Of a stretch of DNA of 64,000 nucleotides, positions 60,924-64,000 are shown piece after piece (the stretch's first letter is position 1; each line of letters opens with the position of its first letter). The stretch is taken from assembly GCF_009914755.1 (NCBI RefSeq), contig NC_060947.1. One strand, 5' to 3'. A model generated the notes under the pieces. The model saw nothing but the letters and a program-made list of their open reading frames with translations, was not told the DNA's origin and did not search any database. A program made the translations under genes and the position numbers. This DNA comes from the human T2T-CHM13v2.0 reference genome, Homo sapiens.

Positions 60924-61349
60924 CTAGGATATTTCAAGCAACAGCCCAAGGCTTTTTGTTGATTTCAAAACCCGCTTAATCAAGATTCAAGTAGTAAGTA
61001 ATTCTGAACATTTTGGAGAAATCAACTGTTATTTTGTGTTCATTCTATGAAATTTTTTGTCACACTACAACTGCTCTCTGAAAAAAATTGCAGGTAGCAT
61101 ATTTCATGTATTAAATTGAGCAATATTAGTACCATTAAATCTCATCAAGTTGAGCAGGTCATTGTTGTTCCTTTCATCAACTCAGTCAAATTTCAGTGCT
61201 TCTATTTTTCTCTAGTTTCATCTAAAAAAGGGGCATGGTGCTGTCACAAGTCATTGGTTTAAATCTGGAAGACAATGTGGAAAATTTCTAATCCAAAATA
61301 CTCACTATTAAGACAGCAAAACCCAGGCAGAACCCCAGTCTGAGGTCTG

Positions 61350-61520
61350 GAGTTGCTTTAATATTTGCTTCCTGATGCGATGTTTGGAAAGTTATTTATT
61401 TCTATGCCTCAGTTTTATCATTTGTGAAGTTAAGATAATGATTCTCTAGCTACCTCCCAAGGTTGATCTGAGAATCAAGTAAGATAATGGGATGAAAACC
61501 CTTTTTGTACTGTAAAATAC
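61350..61520 (+). mobile_element. MIR fragment
   Basis: tgcctcagttttatcatttgtgaagttaagataatg...tacctcccaaggttg resembles the MIR core. Confidence 0.6.
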
Positions 61521-61591
61521 TATACATGTATATGATTACATCAAAAATAATTTTTCCCTGTTCTTAAATTATTGGAGAGAAGCCGTCAGGT

Positions 61592-61923
61592 ATATTTGGC
61601 CCTCTGTATCTATGGATTCTGCATGTGTGGATTCAACTAACTGGATCAAAAATATTCAGAATTTGCATATGCACTGAGCATGTACAGACTTTCTTTGTGT
61701 CATTATTCCCTAAACAATATAGTATAACAACTATTTAGATAGCATTTACATTGTATTAGGTATTACAAATAATCTAGAGATGATTTAAAGTATACATGAT
61801 AATGTGCATAGGTTATATGCAAATATTATGCCATTTTATATCTGGAACTTGGGCATCTGCAGATTTTGGTATCTGCAGGAGGTCTTGGAACAAATCCCCC
61901 ATGGATAACTAGGAATGACTGTA
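61592..61923. mobile_element. MER2 (Tigger-family) DNA transposon
   Basis: ggccctctgtatctatggattctgcatgtgtggattcaac...tagcatttacattgtattaggtatta...atcccccatggataactaggaatgactgta. Confidence 0.8.
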
Positions 61924-62780
61924 GTCTCTCAGGCCTTCAGAGAACCCTCTAATTTGGATTTGGAGGAATCCGTTTTTTCCTAGCTACATGGAGTTATATA
62001 CTCCCCTGGCTAATACCCTGACTTCAGTCAAGATTTGAGTGAGATAGGTAGATGGAATGAGATGGAATTATATTTACAATATTAATTATTTGTTGAAAAT
62101 ATTTTCCCAGTTTGATTTTGCCTTCTAAGTTGGTTAATGTTTCCAAGTATTTAGTTTTTCATTTGTATGTTCCAAAAGTCTAACAATAATTTTTTAATGG
62201 TTTTGACTTCACTGTAAATTTGTAAATCTTCTTGTACAGAGAATTTTTATTTTATATTTTCTTTTTGGGGATCTTCTTAATGTTTACCTTTAGCTCCTTA
62301 ATCCATAGTGTGAGATTAAAGTCTCAGATGATTTTTATTTTGAACAGCTCACCTATACCACCACTTATTGAGTAACTCTTCCCCTGTGTACTGATGTGTG
62401 GCCATGTACGCTTTAGCACTTTCTGTAAAGGTAGAAAACATGCAAGAGAAAACTCATTTTCCCCAAATTTCAGAGCTTGGTACGGCCTTTAGCTATTGAG
62501 TCCAAGCTTATTCTTTTTTAAGTGGAAAAATTAAGGCCTGGAGTAGTTAACTGGCTTTCCAATGTCATACTACTCAATGGAGGAGCCAGGAGTAGAACCA
62601 ACATCCTCTGACCTTTAATCCGAAATTGAGACAGGCATGCTTATTGTACATACAGCTTCAGGTGCAATTTGACAGCACAAGGTTAATTACCCAAATAAAT
62701 AAATGGCTATGAGTTGAGGGTCTCTGAAATTCAGGCAAGCCTGTCCTCCTGACTCTGAATCAATCAGCAAATATTTACTA

Positions 62781-63315
<535 letters not shown>

Positions 63316-64000
63316 TCAGACAGGATCACTCTATGTCCATGATAAAAAGAGACAAAGCAAGGCCACTTTATAATTTTATTCAAGCAGAGAAAAATGAAGT
63401 CACAAAATACTAAACAAAATACTAAACTTAGCTTCTCTTGATTAAAATGAGTACCACTTATTTACCAATTACAGCTTTATCCTGGTTCTAATAGCCCCTC
63501 TCTATAAATAAGATTTATCGAAATACCAATCAGAACTGCACCCACTTTCTGATAGCACCTAATCTAGAGCAAATCCCCACTTTGTTCAAAACTTCCACAT
63601 ATTCTAAGCTTTGGAGTTGGGGAAGGAAGTGATATTGCCTCTGGCAAGAAAATAGACATAGGGGATTTGATGGAAGTCTTGTGGTGAGGAAGGTGCCCAA
63701 TGGAGCACCCCTGTTTCCTGCTGCAATGCTGTCACCAAGACTGGTTCTACTCTTTCTTAGTGAAAACAAATACAGTCAGGTAGATGGTTTTTGTATACTT
63801 ATAGTATTTCTACTTTTTTTCTTTTACCTCCTTTCTGTCAATGTCCATCCAGTTTTGCTTCACAACTTTCAACAGGACCATTGCTATTCACTTTAGAGGA
63901 GCATATTACCAAAAAACCAAAACCGAAAACTATAGAAGTGTCTTCCTAGGTCATGAAGAGCTGGGCTGTCCGCTTGAAGCTGTAGGAAAAATACTCCAGA

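Overview
Human/primate genomic DNA (Alu, L1, THE1/MST, MER elements); the gene content identifies it as the X-linked CT47 cancer/testis macrosatellite locus. 1-21.7 kb is a transposon-rich flank with nested L1s, MaLR LTRs, Alus and a full-length PA2G4 (EBP1) processed pseudogene with a 16-bp TSD. About 21.7-60.9 kb is a complete head-to-tail array of ~4.86-kb units, all on the minus strand: one diverged unit (CT47B1, 299 aa after splicing) followed by seven near-identical CT47A units (288 aa each). 60.9-64 kb is the right flank. I found no new gene system. The most notable signals are structural: (i) every unit junction is a chimeric Alu whose two parent Alus still sit at the array ends, implying an Alu-Alu recombination origin; (ii) CT47B1/CT47A amino-acid differences cluster in the one non-acidic core segment amid near-identical blocks; (iii) block-wise sequence variants record the array's expansion history; (iv) an unexplained ~80%-identical exon-like segment occurs on both sides of the locus. 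Repeat subfamily calls are by eye from remembered consensus sequences.
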